DNA of 64,000 bases, taken from the NCBI GenBank assembly GCA_951406725.2, contig OX597831.1, positions 63,736,001 to 63,800,000 of the forward strand, given 5' to 3'. The notes under the pieces are model-generated. The model was not told where the DNA came from and did not search any database. It saw only the letters and a list, made by a program, of their open reading frames with translations. Positions 14,147 to 27,650 of this stretch are shown piece by piece; the first letter of the stretch is position 1; every line of letters begins with the position of its first letter. The stretch comes from Octopus vulgaris. Lineage: Eukaryota. Both the position numbers and the translations under genes were made by a program.

Positions 14147-15834
14147 AAGTAATGTGGGCTTGGCATGTGATGGATGTGTTGCAATTGGAGTATTTTACAG
14201 ATAAGCACAATTCAGTAATGAATCATGAAGAGTGGTTTATATTGCTAGCCCAGCAGACTGAGACAAGCAAAAAAAATGTTTTTCTAACATAGGAGCACAA
14301 CATAGTTGTAAGAATTGACATTATGAGAATATGGTCAGTAATGTAGTAGCATAGACTCTTCGTTCCAAAGAGATTAAAATTTCTTGACAATTAAACTTCA
14401 TCTTTGGTGTGTGTGTATTTACACTAACGAGGCACAATATTTTGCCCCGTCTGATACATGGCATCATCAGTTCTTTTATTTCTTGATATGTACATGATCC
14501 CTGGTTGGATTTGAACTTGGGACCTGATAATTCTAAACTAAGAGTAGTGATGACCTTATCTATTTAGGTGGATGAGTGTAACTTAGTGGGCGATGTCATT
14601 ACCACTTTCAGTTCAGAAATAAACATTCCTAGGTTGAAGCCAACATACATATCCAGAAATAAGTCACCTGTTGATACTAGGAGATCAAAACCAATAAAAT
14701 TGTAGTTTAGATATAGATTAGAGATTAATAGTCTAAAAAATTTATTATATTTATTAGCTTCAACTGATCCTAGACATTTCATTGACAATGACAGTATTGA
14801 GATAAAAAGTCAAAGTAATGACTGGTTTCACCTTGTGGTATTCATGTTTTTTTTTGTGTATCTGTTTGTTTGTTTTTAATGGTTGGGGGTTGTGAACTAA
14901 ATACAAATTACAGAATGTTGTTTATAAATTATGAGTTGTTTGTATGACAACACTGTTACAGTATAAATATAAAGTCAGTTTTGTCACATAAAAACTGGCA
15001 GTTATCGCTATCAATGTGTATTTATTAAACTATTTTGCTCATTAGCTTTGGAAATTCTTTAAACCACTTTAGAAATGCCTGCCAATTAACTCACTCTATT
15101 ATTTATTGTTAGCCAAAGAAGAAATCTTTTCAATATTACCATCATGTTTAACAACAACAGCTCCCAGCAAGATAATTGTTTTTATGCTGATAACAATCAG
15201 AACAAGGAAGAAACATTGCTAGTAGAGAATGGAGAAGATCAAACTGAATGAATAATAGTCAGAACAGACAAGTACATGAATGAACAAAGAGTCGGTGGTG
15301 CTAAAATCAAGTGAACCAGCTCAGAGATCATAAGCCAATTATATTTTGTTAACAGATTTTCATAGACAAACTTGTCCATTCATAGGTTTCGAAGTAACTT
15401 TTTTTCATTAGTTATGGTTTTTACACACTGCTTTTAATTTCTATATAATATGACAATATGATAACCCACAAATTCTTTTTCTATCCTGTGCAATAATTTT
15501 GTTAAGGAGACTTCTGTATTGGTTTTTCGGTGCTGAAGACACATCTTCCTGAAATATCAACTTTAAAACAAGAATGTAGATGCTTAAACTCCTAAACCTT
15601 GGAACTGCACATTACACAATAAAATGGAATGTGGATAGAATTTTAAAAATTCAATTTAGACTGATAACATGAATATAGCATATCTTAGCTGCAGGACACC
15701 CAGGTATTTTTGATTGACTACCTTTGTGGTATGCTCCCCTACGAATAACAAAGCAGCTTTATTTCTGTGACAATAATCAGTAACTGTGCTTGAACCATTT
15801 AGTTAATCTGTTTACCAATACCAAGAATACACTT

Positions 15835-16135
15835 GTGGAGGCACATGGCCTAGTGGTTAGAGCATCGGACTCGCAGTCGAGGGATCATGGGTTCGAATCT
15901 CAAACCGAATGATGTGTGTGTTTATGAGCAAAACACCTAAGCTCCATGTGGCTCCGGCAGAAGGTAATGGCGAAACTTCTGCTGACTCTTTCGCCACAAC
16001 TTTCTCTCGCTCTTTCTTTCTGCATCTTGCAGCTCACCTGCGATGGACCACTGTCCCGTCCAGGTGGGGAACCTATACGCCAACAAACCGGGAAACCGGC
16101 CCTTATGACCCACACATGGCTCGAGAAAGAACAAA
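15835..16135 (+). mobile_element. tRNA-headed SINE family D
   Basis: A box TGGCCTAGTGG and B box GGTTCGAATC; body shared with the reverse copy at 35513-35787. Confidence 0.8.
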
Positions 16136-16680
16136 AAAAAATCTCCAGTATCCATAATGTCCAGTATTTTCCCCTGGATACAACGACAGGCCATCAAAGA
16201 TAGTCATTAGTACATGATGAAATGAACTTAGTACTGCATACCAATAAAGTACTTATCACTTCTACAATGCTGCTGTTGCTAGTGAATTACATATCTGTGG
16301 TGCCTGTCAAGAGTCAAATGTATTTGACAATCAGAACCTAAGTGTTTTAACTATAAACACAATGCAATGTTAATGACATAATATGAATTACTTGCTGTCA
16401 AGAACTATGTGAATATGGCCACCTCTACTTTCCCATTTAAACAGATTTAACAACTATTAATCCAACTGACATGATATTTTTCAAATATACTCACATGAAC
16501 ATAGTCCAATATCATTATTTTGGAAACCACAATATGTCATATCTTAATGACAGTTAATTTTTAAACTTGATTTGTTCAAAATTATTCTTGAATGAGCATA
16601 AAAAAATAGAAAATGTAATTAATTTTCTAAATTTTACACTTTGAAATGCTATGAAACAGGTTCAATTAGATGCAATTTTC

Positions 16681-17152
16681 GGATCTTTTCGGTTTGAACG
16701 GCAGTTTTTTCTAGCGGTGTGATATGAAATTGTCACCCATAATTATGACCCTAGTATCGATCTATTGCATTTCAATCTATTTTAGGGTTAGGGTTAGTTA
16801 GGGTTAGGGTTAGGGGTGGGGGGGAGAGTATCTTTTTTTCTTCACAAATGTAAATAAACCCAATCTGTTTCTTAAACAAGGGACATATTCATACGGCACA
16901 GAATGTTGTTTACTTCAATGGACTCATTTACCTGATGAGTACATTTTTAATAGTATCAACATTTCAGAAAAAAGTTGAAATTGCAGAAATTGAAGAAAAA
17001 AAACAACAAATATCTTACAAACTATAGAATTTTCTCAATAAAGCCAAGAGAAAAAGATGTTTTATAAATACATTCTATCAGTATACGAAGTTTAAAATTT
17101 TTTAGTTACCCAGAAATTATGTTAAAAACTGCCGTTCAAACCGAAAAGATCC
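16681..17152. mobile_element. MITE with 29-bp TIRs, 8-bp TSD and internal TTAGGG repeats
   Basis: TIR GGATCTTTTCGGTTTGAACGGCAGTTTTT / AAAAACTGCCGTTCAAACCGAAAAGATCC; flanks CAATTTTC / CAGTTTTC. Partial copies at 27651-27960 and 41265-41358. Confidence 0.88.
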
Positions 17153-19553
17153 CAGTTTTCAAATAATATATTTATTTAGCCTAGTTACTATGTTTGAAAA
17201 TTGCTCAGGGATTACTTGAACAGTAGCACAGAAGGATTTACATGCAGCTTAGATCTTTCTCTCTATAAATTATTATTACTTCATCTTAACTTGTGTTGAA
17301 CAGCACCATAGTAAAGTAGCATATGTATTCTTCGTTATTTACATCATATGTAATTTCTTGGAACTTTCTTGGAACCTCAACAGCTCTACATTCTTTGATC
17401 AGTTCTGGTAAAGCAAAAGAAAACAAAAACTGATTCAAAGACTCTCTATAGATAAATCTGCATGATACATTTTTTTAAATATATCTTTTCCCCTTGAAGC
17501 ATAGATATCAAGTGCCAGAAAAGCAAGTGGGAAAAGCAAAAATAATTCCTTGGTTTTTTTGTTTTTCTTGTTTTATTTTTTCCATTACTATAGCACATTA
17601 GCACCTTCATTCTCTGCTATGAATAATTCATAGATTTCTTACAATCACCTTCGAAATTTTCATTTCTTTCAAGCTTTTAAATCTTGAAAATTAAAGACCA
17701 TTTCAGAAGTATTTTCTTTTAGAATCACTTCCTTCATTGGATTGAAGTGAATGAGAAGAAAAAGATTGACAATAATCAATGTTTCCAAAGAATGGTCAAT
17801 TTATTTATGACTTTCTCTACCTGGCAGTTTTTTTGTGTTTTTTTTTTTTATCTTTCACACATATATATATATGTTGAATATAAAATGGTTGGGAAAAAAG
17901 TGATTTGGAAAATAGCTTCTCCAAATCAATTTTATTGCCCAGGAATATTTCAAACTAAAAATGGAGAAAAGCTATTTACTAATGCATCTTTTTAATCATA
18001 TTGTAGAATATTTTTGTTTATTTTTTTTATTCATGTACATTTGGTGACTTGGTAACAGCATTAGCTTTATCAGTCATATGTTTTGAAAAGATAAAAGTCA
18101 CTAGATACATAGAAAGCTACTATGACCTATTCCACAAGAAATGTAAGCTCATTTGTGTACTACCATAAATGGATGTAGTAATCACAAGAAGTATACGTCA
18201 TCAGAAGACTGATATGAGTGAAATGCCCACTAGTATAAAGATAGGTTGAGTTGTTTATCAGCATGGAACTTGTATTCTGTCTTTTAACTTTTTTTCATGT
18301 TGACATATGTTGCATTCTTCAAGTTCAAATGTAATATGACTTATTGGAATACAAATGGTTTCTATTTTTCCTGCTCTCTCAACCATGGCAACAAAAATAA
18401 TGTATATTGCTTTTAGACAATATTTCTGACTATGAAAATGTTCGTAATTTATAGCCTAAAACTGAAAAGCTATACTTCGTTAACACTTAGTCATTTTACC
18501 TGATGAGTACATTTTTAATAGTATCAACATTGTTCCCTGAACATTTCTCTACAATAAAGCATATGCAAAGCTAAAAAGTATTGAAACTATATATTGATGC
18601 AATCTGTACTAAGAAACTCATAAGATACTTAAATATGAAATAACATTCTTTTTTTGCCTACCTCATAAGAATTTAGAAACTTTGAGAGAACATGAAATAA
18701 ATTGTTTTCAACAATCAAACTCAAAGTAGATTCACATTCAGCCTTCGACTTTGTGTATCTAAATGGTTTTAACCTAATGAGTACATGCTCTTTTATATAG
18801 CATTATCTACTTCAAGTTCAATTGTTAAAAAACAAATATTGTGTTTGTTTAATATATAGAGCTTGCTTAGTAAAATGGTTACATGGAATACTTGAACAAG
18901 TTCTGATTGGAAATGCCTGCTGGAACCCATGACTTTGTAATGATCACAAATATGATATCAAAAGAGAAAGGTGACAGATTTTTAATAGGGAGAGCACAAC
19001 ATTTTATCTGTGGCTTTGGCTTTAGGAAACACGGCCTCATTATCATAGGCTGGTAGTATTGTTTAAAAGAATGTATTTTTGAACTATCATTGTACCAAAG
19101 ACACATCTTTTGGAATAGCAATTTCAACATGGTAAAATAGATGTGACAAGGGAATTTTGTATTCTTTTCACTGCTGCTTCCCTTTCATGTCTGTAGGAAC
19201 TGAATGTATTCTGCTAATATAATTATCTGCTGGAATTCCTGAAATAATCTTTTATAAATAGATTCCTTTTCTAATGGAATATAATTGACTACAAAATGTT
19301 AATAAAATCTTCAGAGTCTGAAGTAATTTTTAGATATCCTGTATTCTATAATATCTACTGGTTGAAACTCATTAACATCTGTTTCTGAAGTTCTGGAAGC
19401 ATTTGACAAATTCTCATTTATTGAATACCTAAGTTCAGTTCTATTTAAGTAGGAGTAGCCAACTGAATGCAATTGAATCAGTGCTTTGATTGTCATTCAC
19501 GCTGATCAATGTAGCAGTTAAATTCCCATCAACATTTTTCCTGAGATGTTTAA

Positions 19554-19780
19554 CCCTTTTGTTAGCATATTTCAGTTAAAATACACTGCTTTTGTTGCAA
19601 TTAATTTCGAAAATAATGAAGAATTTAGCAAAATAACTTTTTTTTTATTATCAAACTGGTGTTTAGAACATTGATTAACATAAAATTTTGAAGGAAGGTT
19701 TTTAATTTATATCACTTTCAACCAAAAAGTTTGCATCATTTAATCAAGGGTTGTTTTAGGCAGATATATATAAAAAAGGG
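19554..19780. mobile_element. Older piggyBac-type MITE, inverted relative to 44694-44914
   Basis: TTAA-CCCTTTT ... AAAAGGG-TTGA ends; internal similarity to the 44.7-kb copy. Confidence 0.6.
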
Positions 19781-20221
19781 TTGACCCTTTTTCTATCACC
19801 TCCCCCAGGGACCATTTATCTTTTTAGTCAGTATTTCTCACAAGAAAGAATAAAAAATGAAGCAAACAAATCACCATGTTTAACATTTTAAACCTGGTCA
19901 ACACCATAGAAAAGAAAGAAGAATTTTATAGATGCAAACTTTTTGTTTCCTCATTAATAAAAGGTATAAAGGAACCAAACATTTTTTTAAAGCTTTTGGT
20001 GAGTGGGGCTGGTATTTTTCAATTTGTGAACTGCAATCTTACAAATGTCTTTTTTCCGTCACCAAAAATCACATAGCCATGAGCCATTGGATACCAGTTT
20101 ATCTTTAAAAGGAGTACCTTTTCAAACAGCTTCTATTTAGTAGTGAAATGGTAATGTAATAGGAATATAGGAATGGTACCTTTACTTAAGTTTATAAAAT
20201 AGAACCAGCAGAGACCTTTCC

Positions 20222-20575
20222 ATCTTTTACTTGTTTCAGTCATTAGACTGCAGCTATTCTAGGGCACTGTCTTGAAGAATTTTTAGTTAAAGGAACTGAC
20301 CCCTATAAGCCTGGTACTTATTCTATGGGTCTAAGTTACGGGGGCATAAATACACCAGCACCAATTGTCAAGCAGTGGTGGGAACAAACACAGACACACA
20401 CACACATGTATATATCATGGGCTTCTTTCAGTTTCTGTCTGCCAAATCCATTCACGAGGCTTCAGTCAGCACTAAGCTATAGTAGAAGACATTTGCCCAA
20501 GTGCCATGCAGTGGGACTGAACTTGAAATCATGTGGTTGGGAAGCAAGCATCTTATCACCCTGCCACACCTGCAG
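20222..20575 (-). mobile_element. SINE family A, diverged
   Basis: Reverse-complement similarity to family A. Confidence 0.75.
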
Positions 20576-21382
20576 CTAAGTGCATTAATACTTAACCAAT
20601 CGAACCTTTTGACCAATACATACCTTTCCTGTTAGCAGCAGTTGAACATATGCACATCTAAAATACCATATATTCAGGTGCCAACGAAAGGCAGAATTAA
20701 GTTTTGAGTTTAAAACAAATTTCATACTGGAGAAAAACAAAAGATACAAGTTATTCTTGGCAAAGCATTAAATTAGATTTCCCCCAAAGAATAATGTATT
20801 TTAATCAGTCAACAAGTTCTAAAAATTCCTTTGTTGTGATGATTCAATTTATAAATAGCAGATTCAAAACTAAAAAGATGAGTTTTGGTAGCTGAATATT
20901 GATAAAATCATGGAATTAGATTATCAAAGATAAAACATTAGTGCTTGAGGTGTGTTATTTGAAAGACTTAGGAAAACTTGTGAAGAAGTGTTGGGCCAGT
21001 TATCTAGTATGTCAAAAACTACTTCAGAAACTGGGATATGCTCCAACAATATATAAAAATGTTTGTTTTAAATCAGATAAATAAATAAATATATATATAT
21101 ATAAATAATGATAATCATTTGTTTTGCTAAGATGTTGCCAAGATAATGATTTATTAGCAGTTGTTTTATTGAACTTGAAAGTTTGAAAAAGAAATTTGAT
21201 AACAACAGCATCATAATTCAAAAACAAGTCTGGTAATAACAGATAAACACCTTGAAACACACATTTTACACACTGACCAACTCTATTTATAAGATTTGCT
21301 TATGTATATATGTATGTATGTATGTAGATGTGTATGCACATATGTATATTTGTATATGTGTACATACAGGCACACATATGTA

Positions 21383-21618
<236 letters not shown>

Positions 21619-21879
21619 GGAGTATAAAAGACTCTTTCTATTCCTGAGCGTTATACAAATACATCTGTTTGTTTTGTACACCACCTGTCTTCGTCTTTTG
21701 TTCTTTTTCGTAAACTCTCCCTATAACAATATACAAACATACATACATGAGCTTGTACTGAGAAAAGTTGCTGGCTTTGGTACAACAGGGTTATGATTTT
21801 ATTCACCATATTCTCCTCTCAGATTCACACACTTATTGCTGTGGTGCTTCAGTTTTGCTAAGCCCTGTAAAATAACTCT

Positions 21880-22150
21880 GAAGGTTGAGTAAGAAGTTTG
21901 CGTCCCAGTCACATGATTCTGGATTCCGTTTCGTTGTGTGGTACCTTGGGCAAGTGTCTTCTACTCTGGTCTTGGACTGACCAAAGACTTGGGAGTAGAT
22001 TTGGTAGACAGAAACTGAAAGACGCCCATCGTGTGTGTGTGTGTGTGTGTGTGTTTGCCTGTGTTTGTCCCTCAGCACTTCTTGACAACTGGTCTTGGTG
22101 TATTTCCATCCCGATTTCTTAGTAATTTGGCAAAAGTGACTGATAGACTA
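21880..22150 (+). mobile_element. SINE family A, diverged and 3' truncated
   Basis: CCTTGGGCAAGTGTCTTCTACT...GGTAGACAGAAACTGAAAGA. Confidence 0.75.
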
Positions 22151-22204
22151 AATCATCATTGGTGTGTGAGGTATTAAGTTAATCTTGGCTTTATACAATC
22201 TCTG

Positions 22205-22675
22205 TTAAGATGAATTTTTCTGGGGTTTGCGGGGTTCAGTTGAATAGTAATTAGGTGGGGAAAAGTGGGTTGTGATGGAGAGGTGTTGTAGAGAAATTTT
22301 TATTGAATAAATTTCGGGTGATGTTATTTTTTAGTATTTATTCATGCTCCTATAACTTTGTAATCAAAGTATTAAATCCAATAAAACCAAAAATAACTGA
22401 AGCTAAATGCCACATCTGCTGACCAAAATTTCCCTCTTCCTACCTACTTCCTTTTTGTAAACCACTAAAAAACAATCCTATGACCTGAAGCTGACACACA
22501 AATATACACACCTGTTTAAAGAATTCTACATGCATGAATAAACTCTGAACAATGAACACAACGCCAATTTAATCAATAAAAATGTCTCCACAACATCCTT
22601 TCATCACAACCCACCTAACAACCTAATTATCATTCAATTGAACCTCATAAACCCCACAAAATTTTTTATCCTAAC
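22205..22675. repeat. Old degenerate inverted repeat (arms ~22205-22370 and ~22510-22675), probably a decayed MITE or foldback element
   Basis: For example GTGGGTTGTGATG vs CATCACAACCCAC, TAATTAGGT vs ACCTAATTA, TTTATTCATGC vs GCATGAATAAA. Confidence 0.7.
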
Positions 22676-22724
22676 ATAGACTGTATGAAGCAAAGATTAA
22701 TTTGATGCTTCGCAGTCTAATGAT

Positions 22725-22925
22725 GGCATAGATCGTTAGCCACTGCACACATTTTTTTCTCTCCTTGTTTCTCTCCTTGTTTTTTCTGTGTCCCTTTCTG
22801 TAGAAGAGTGTAGGCTCGAAACATAAAAGACTTTTTCTATTCCTGAGTGTCATACTAATACATCTGTTTGTTTTGTACACCACCTGTCTTCGTCTTTTGT
22901 TTTTTTTCGTAAACTTTCCCTTTAT
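22725..22925 (+). mobile_element. Single copy of the 5.6-kb hammerhead-bearing repeat
   Basis: CTGTAGAAGAGTGTAGGCTCGAAACATAAAAGAC at 22798; the rest is colinear with 5600-5790. Confidence 0.75.
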
Positions 22926-23295
22926 ATATATATATATATACACATGTGTATGTGAGTGTGTATTATATATACGATGAGCATCTTTCAGCTTCTATCTATC
23001 AAATCCCCTAATAAGGCTTTGATCTGCTTGAGGCTACAGTAAAAGACACTTACCCAAGGTGCCACCTTGGGAATGAATCAGTGGGAATGAATCAGTGGGA
23101 ATGAATCTTATACTACATGGTTGGCAAACAAGCTTCTGAACCACATAGCAGCAGAGTATCAGCTTAGATATCTTGGGTACTTTTTATTGTAGGGTTTATT
23201 CAAAGCAGGAAGTGTATCACTCATAACCCTCTTCAGGATATCTGGGAAACCTGAGTGCCTACACTGAAAACTCAGTCCAAATATTGTAACAAAGT

Positions 23296-24516
23296 AAACT
23301 TCTGCTAAAGACACCCTAACTCCAGTTGTGATGTTAAACCTGGGCTAGAGATTAAGTTTAAACTTCTGCTAAAGACACCCTAACTCCAGTAGTGGTGTTA
23401 AACCTGGGCCAGAGATTAAGTTTAAACTTCTGCTAAAGACACCCTAGCTCCAGTAGTGGTGTTAAACCTGGGCCAGGGATTAAGTTTAAACTTTTGCTAA
23501 AGACACCCAAGCTCCAGTAGTGGTGTTAAACCTGGGCTTGAGGTTAAATTTAAACTTCTGCTAAAGACACCCAAGCTCTAGTAGTGGTGTTAAACCTGGG
23601 CCAGAGGTTAAGTTCTACCTCTTTTAAACAGGTAATACAAGCCAGGGATTAAGTTTAAACTTTTGCTAAAGACACCCGAGCTCCAGTAGTGGTGTTAAAC
23701 CTGGGCTAGAGATTAAGTTTAAACTTCTGCTAAAGACACCCAAGCTCCAGTAGTGGTGTTAAACCTGGGCTAGAGATTAAGTTTAAACTTCTGCTAAAGA
23801 CACCCAAGCTCCAGTAGTGGTGTTAAACCTGGGCTAGAGATTAAGTTTAAACTTCTGCTAAAGACACCCTAACTCCAGTAGTGGTGTTAAACCTGGGCCA
23901 GAGATTAAGTTTAAACTTCTGCTAAAGACACCCTAACTCCAGTAGTGGTGTTAAACCTGGGCTAGAGATTAAGTTTAAACTTCTGCTAAAGACACCCTAG
24001 CTCCAGTAGTGGTGTTAAACCTGGGCTAGAGATTATGTTTAAACTTTTGCTAAAGACACCCTAGCTCCAGTAGTGGTGTTAAACCTGGGCTAGAGATTAA
24101 GTTTAAACTTCTGCTAAAGACACCCTAACTCCAGTAGTGGTGTTAAACCTGGGCCAGAGATTAAGTTTAAACTTCTGCTAAAGACACCCTAACTCCAGTA
24201 GTGGTGTTAAACCTGGGCCAGAGATTAAGTTTAAACTTTTGCTAAAGACACCCTAACTCCAGTAGTGGTGTTAAACCTGGGCCAGAGATTAAGTTTAAAC
24301 TTCTGCTAAAGACACCCTAGCTCCAGTAGTGGTGTTAAACCTGGGCTAGAGACTATGTTTAAACTTTTGCTAAAGACACCCTAGCTCCAGTAGTGGTGTT
24401 AAACCTGGGCTTGAGGTTAAATTTAAACTTCTGCTAAAGACACCCAAGCTCTAGTAGTGGTGTTAAACCTGGGCCAGAGGTTAAGTTCTACCTCTTTTAA
24501 ACAGGTAATACAAGCC
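23296..24516. repeat. 64-bp minisatellite, ~18 units in two blocks (~5 + ~13)
   Basis: Unit AAACTTCTGCTAAAGACACCCTAACTCCAGTAGTGGTGTTAAACCTGGGC(C/T)AGAGATTAAGTTT; unit starts at 23296 and 23360. The same non-unit tail closes both blocks. Confidence 0.95.
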
Positions 24517-25709
24517 ACAACATTCCATTCACAACATTTTGGCCAACCACAGGTAGTGGTAGAAGGCATATTATCAAGCTGATTCACCTAACCAACGAAA
24601 AGTATCATGTCTATATGGATGGAGACCAAAGATTTTTAGTTCTAAACTTTAGGTCGATATGCCCTAAAATGAAGAACTATCAATGACTTGTAATATTCAT
24701 GGAATGTTTTGTTTGATTGATTAGTTCTGTCATAGAACTATTCTGACAAAACTGATTGGAAGTGGTGAGGGATTATCCAACAACAACAGGGTTTAGAAAA
24801 TTCTTTAATTGGCAATATAGAAGGAACGAATAAAAAAAAATCTGCTAAGCTGCAAAATATATCAGCTAAATGCATTTCATTCTGTGGTAGACATGGCAGA
24901 AATCAACTTTTAGAAAGAAAAAAATATCCTTCAGTTGCTACAAATGGACTAACAACAATAAGTAACAGCATTACTGAATATATCAACCTTAATACAGAAC
25001 AAGCCAGAAGCATGACAACAATACTGCAAATTAGTTAGCGGCATTGCTCACAGCTACACAGTAGATCTTATACTGCATATTACATCATTTTAAAGATATT
25101 AGAATGTTTTGTTTGCTTTTTTGTTCTTTTGTTTTGTTTTTGTTTATTTTTTTTCCACTGATTTTTAGCTGTATAGTGCCGTTGATATATTCAGGTGACA
25201 TACCAAGCACTGTTATTCTGATTATTTTGGAATTCTCATATGAAAGATTTAATCCAACAACTAGTTTAAAACCACCACCTTGCTGTCGGTGTCTTTAAAA
25301 GGAGCTGAATCTTTTTTGCAAGTGTTCACACAAGGTTTGTGGTCTGGAGAAAACTTCCGCTAGTCTTGAAAACTCTGTAAATGGTCATGGGTGCTGTTTT
25401 CTTTCATCCAACTAAGCCATCATTAATAAAATATAACAAAACAGATAATTACTTTAGTTACCATTGATTGCTTCCAAACATATTGATTTCTCATCAGATG
25501 TATTCTCACAGTGATGCTTCTGTTCTGCTAGTCTAATATTGCCAAGTTGTAGTGGGTTGTAATATACTGTAGTGTGTTGTATATTGTAAAGTCTTGTAAT
25601 GAGTTGTGTATGTTGTCATGTGCTGTACTGTGTTACATGTTGCCATGCACTGTAAAGCTGTAGTAAGTTGAAGTGTGTTGTGCATTGTCATTTAGTACTC
25701 TCTCTCTCC

Positions 25710-26126
25710 CTCTTTTCTCTCTTTTACTTGTTTCAGTCATTTGACTGCGGCCATGCTGGAGCACCGCCTTTAGTCAAGCAAATCGACCCCGCGACTTATT
25801 CTTTGTAAGCCCAGTACTTATTCTATCGGTCTCTTTGGCCGAACTGCTAAGTAACGGGGACATACACACACCAGCATCGGTTCTCAAGCAATGCTAGGGG
25901 GACAAACACAGACACACAAACACACACACACATACATATACATATATATATATATATATATACGACAGGCTTCTTTCAGTTTCCGTCTACCAAATCCACT
26001 CACAAGGCATTGGTCGGCCCGGGGCTATAGCAGAAGACACTTGCCCAAGATGCCATGCAGTGGGACTGAACCCGGAACCATGTGCTTGGTTAGCAAGCTA
26101 CTTACCACATAGCCACTCCTGCGCCT
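25710..26126 (-). mobile_element. SINE family A, full length
   Basis: Reverse complement of family A from tail to head (AGCCACTCCTGCGCC). Confidence 0.88.
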
Positions 26127-26196
26127 AGTAGTGTATTATCGCTTTCAAGTTTTGGCACAAGGCCAGCAATTTCTGAGTAGTAGGTATATGTATGTA

Positions 26197-26430
26197 GGGC
26201 AGCGAGCTGGCAGACACGTTAGCATGCCGGACTAAATGCTTACCGGTATTTCGTCTGCGGTTACGTTCTGAGTTCAAATTCCGCCGAGGTTGACTTTGCC
26301 TTTTATCCTTTTGGGAGTCGATAAATTAAGTACCAGTTATGCACTGGGGTCGATATAATCGACTTAATCCATCTGTCTGTCCTTGTTTGTCTCCCCTGTG
26401 TTTAGCCCCTTGTGGGTGGTAAAGAAATAG
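26197..26430 (+). mobile_element. SINE family B (Meta-domain-like GACTTTGCCTTTCATCC...GATAAATTAAGTACCAG core)
   Basis: Near-identical to 62593-62803 and to the reverse copy 26846-27074; a diverged reverse copy follows at ~26430-26599. Confidence 0.8.
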
Positions 26431-26650
26431 GTAATGTATGTGGATTACATCGAACCCAGTGCTCAACTAGTACTTTATTGACCTCAGAAGGATGAAAAGC
26501 AAAGTCGACCTTGGCAGAATTTGAACTCAAAATGTAATGACATGAAATGTTTCTAAGCATTTTGCTCAATCTGTAATAATTCTGCCAGTTTGCAGCCTTA
26601 AGCTGTAGTGTATTATTGCTTGTCATTATGTTGTAGTGTTTTACAGTATA

Positions 26651-26815
26651 GGCATAGGAGTGGCTGTGTGGTAAGTAGCTTGCTTACCAACCACATGGTT
26701 CCGGGTTCAGTCACACTGCGTGGCACCTTTGGCAAGTGTCTTCTACTATACCCTCGGGTTGACCAAAGCCTTGTGAGTGGATTTGGTAGACAAAAACTGA
26801 AAGAAGCCCGTCGTA

Positions 26816-26848
<33 letters not shown>

Positions 26849-27316
26849 TTCTTTACTACCCACAAGGGACTAAACATAGAGGGGACAAACAAGGACAGAC
26901 AAACGGATTAAGTCGATTACATTGACTCAGTGCGAAACTGGTACTTTATTTATCAACCCCGAGAGGATGAAAGGCAAAGTCGACCTCGGCGGAATTTGAA
27001 CTCAGAACATAACGACAGACGAAATACTGCTAAGCATTTCGTTCGACGTGCTAACGTTTCTGCCAGCTCGCCTTATATATATATGTGTGTGTGTGTGTGT
27101 GGGTGTTTGTATGTCTGTGTTTGTCCCCCCAACATCGCTTGACAACTGATGCTGGTGTGTTTATGTCCCCGTAACTTAGCGGTTCGGCAAAAGAGACCAA
27201 TAGAATAAGTACTAGGCTTACAAAGAATAAGTCCCGGGGGTCGATGTGCTTGACTAAAAGGCGGTGCTCCAGCATGGCCGCAGTCAAATGACTGAAACAT
27301 GTAAAAGAGTAAAGAG
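26651..27316 (+). mobile_element. SINE family A interrupted by an antisense family B SINE (26846-27074)
   Basis: The two family A halves are contiguous across the internal TA tract, where the family B copy sits. Confidence 0.88.
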
Positions 27317-27650
27317 AGAAAGAGATATTAACTATAAGCAGTAAAGCGGACGATAAGTAAAATGAATAAGACTTGCACATAGCAAGAATAAGCTATTAAA
27401 ATCGACAGGATATGCCAGTGAGGTAGACAGCATTCTCAAAAAGCTAAATCAATGGCTGTGATATCCACCAAGGAAAAAACATAAATTTGGTTAACGAAGT
27501 AAACCAGCAAAATAGTCACATATCAAAGCACCAAAACAAGTTTCCGAATAAGTTTAAGTAAGATCTTTTATTCATCCTTTCTTGTATAATAAAAAACTGC
27601 TGTTTTGGTTTTCCTGACAATTATCTAATTATTAAAATGCTTTGGTCAAC

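Noticed and set aside
15838-15910. tRNA gene
   Set aside because: A and B boxes are present, but there is no acceptor stem and the sequence continues into a SINE body; it is a SINE head.
16932-16975. CTGATGA...GAAA in the MITE insertion
   Set aside because: No stem II adjacent to GAAA and no stem I; the donor copy at 18.5 kb lacks the GAAA.
23296-24516. CRISPR-like or ribozyme-containing array
   Set aside because: Units are contiguous with no unique spacers, the context is eukaryotic, and I found no hammerhead core on either strand.
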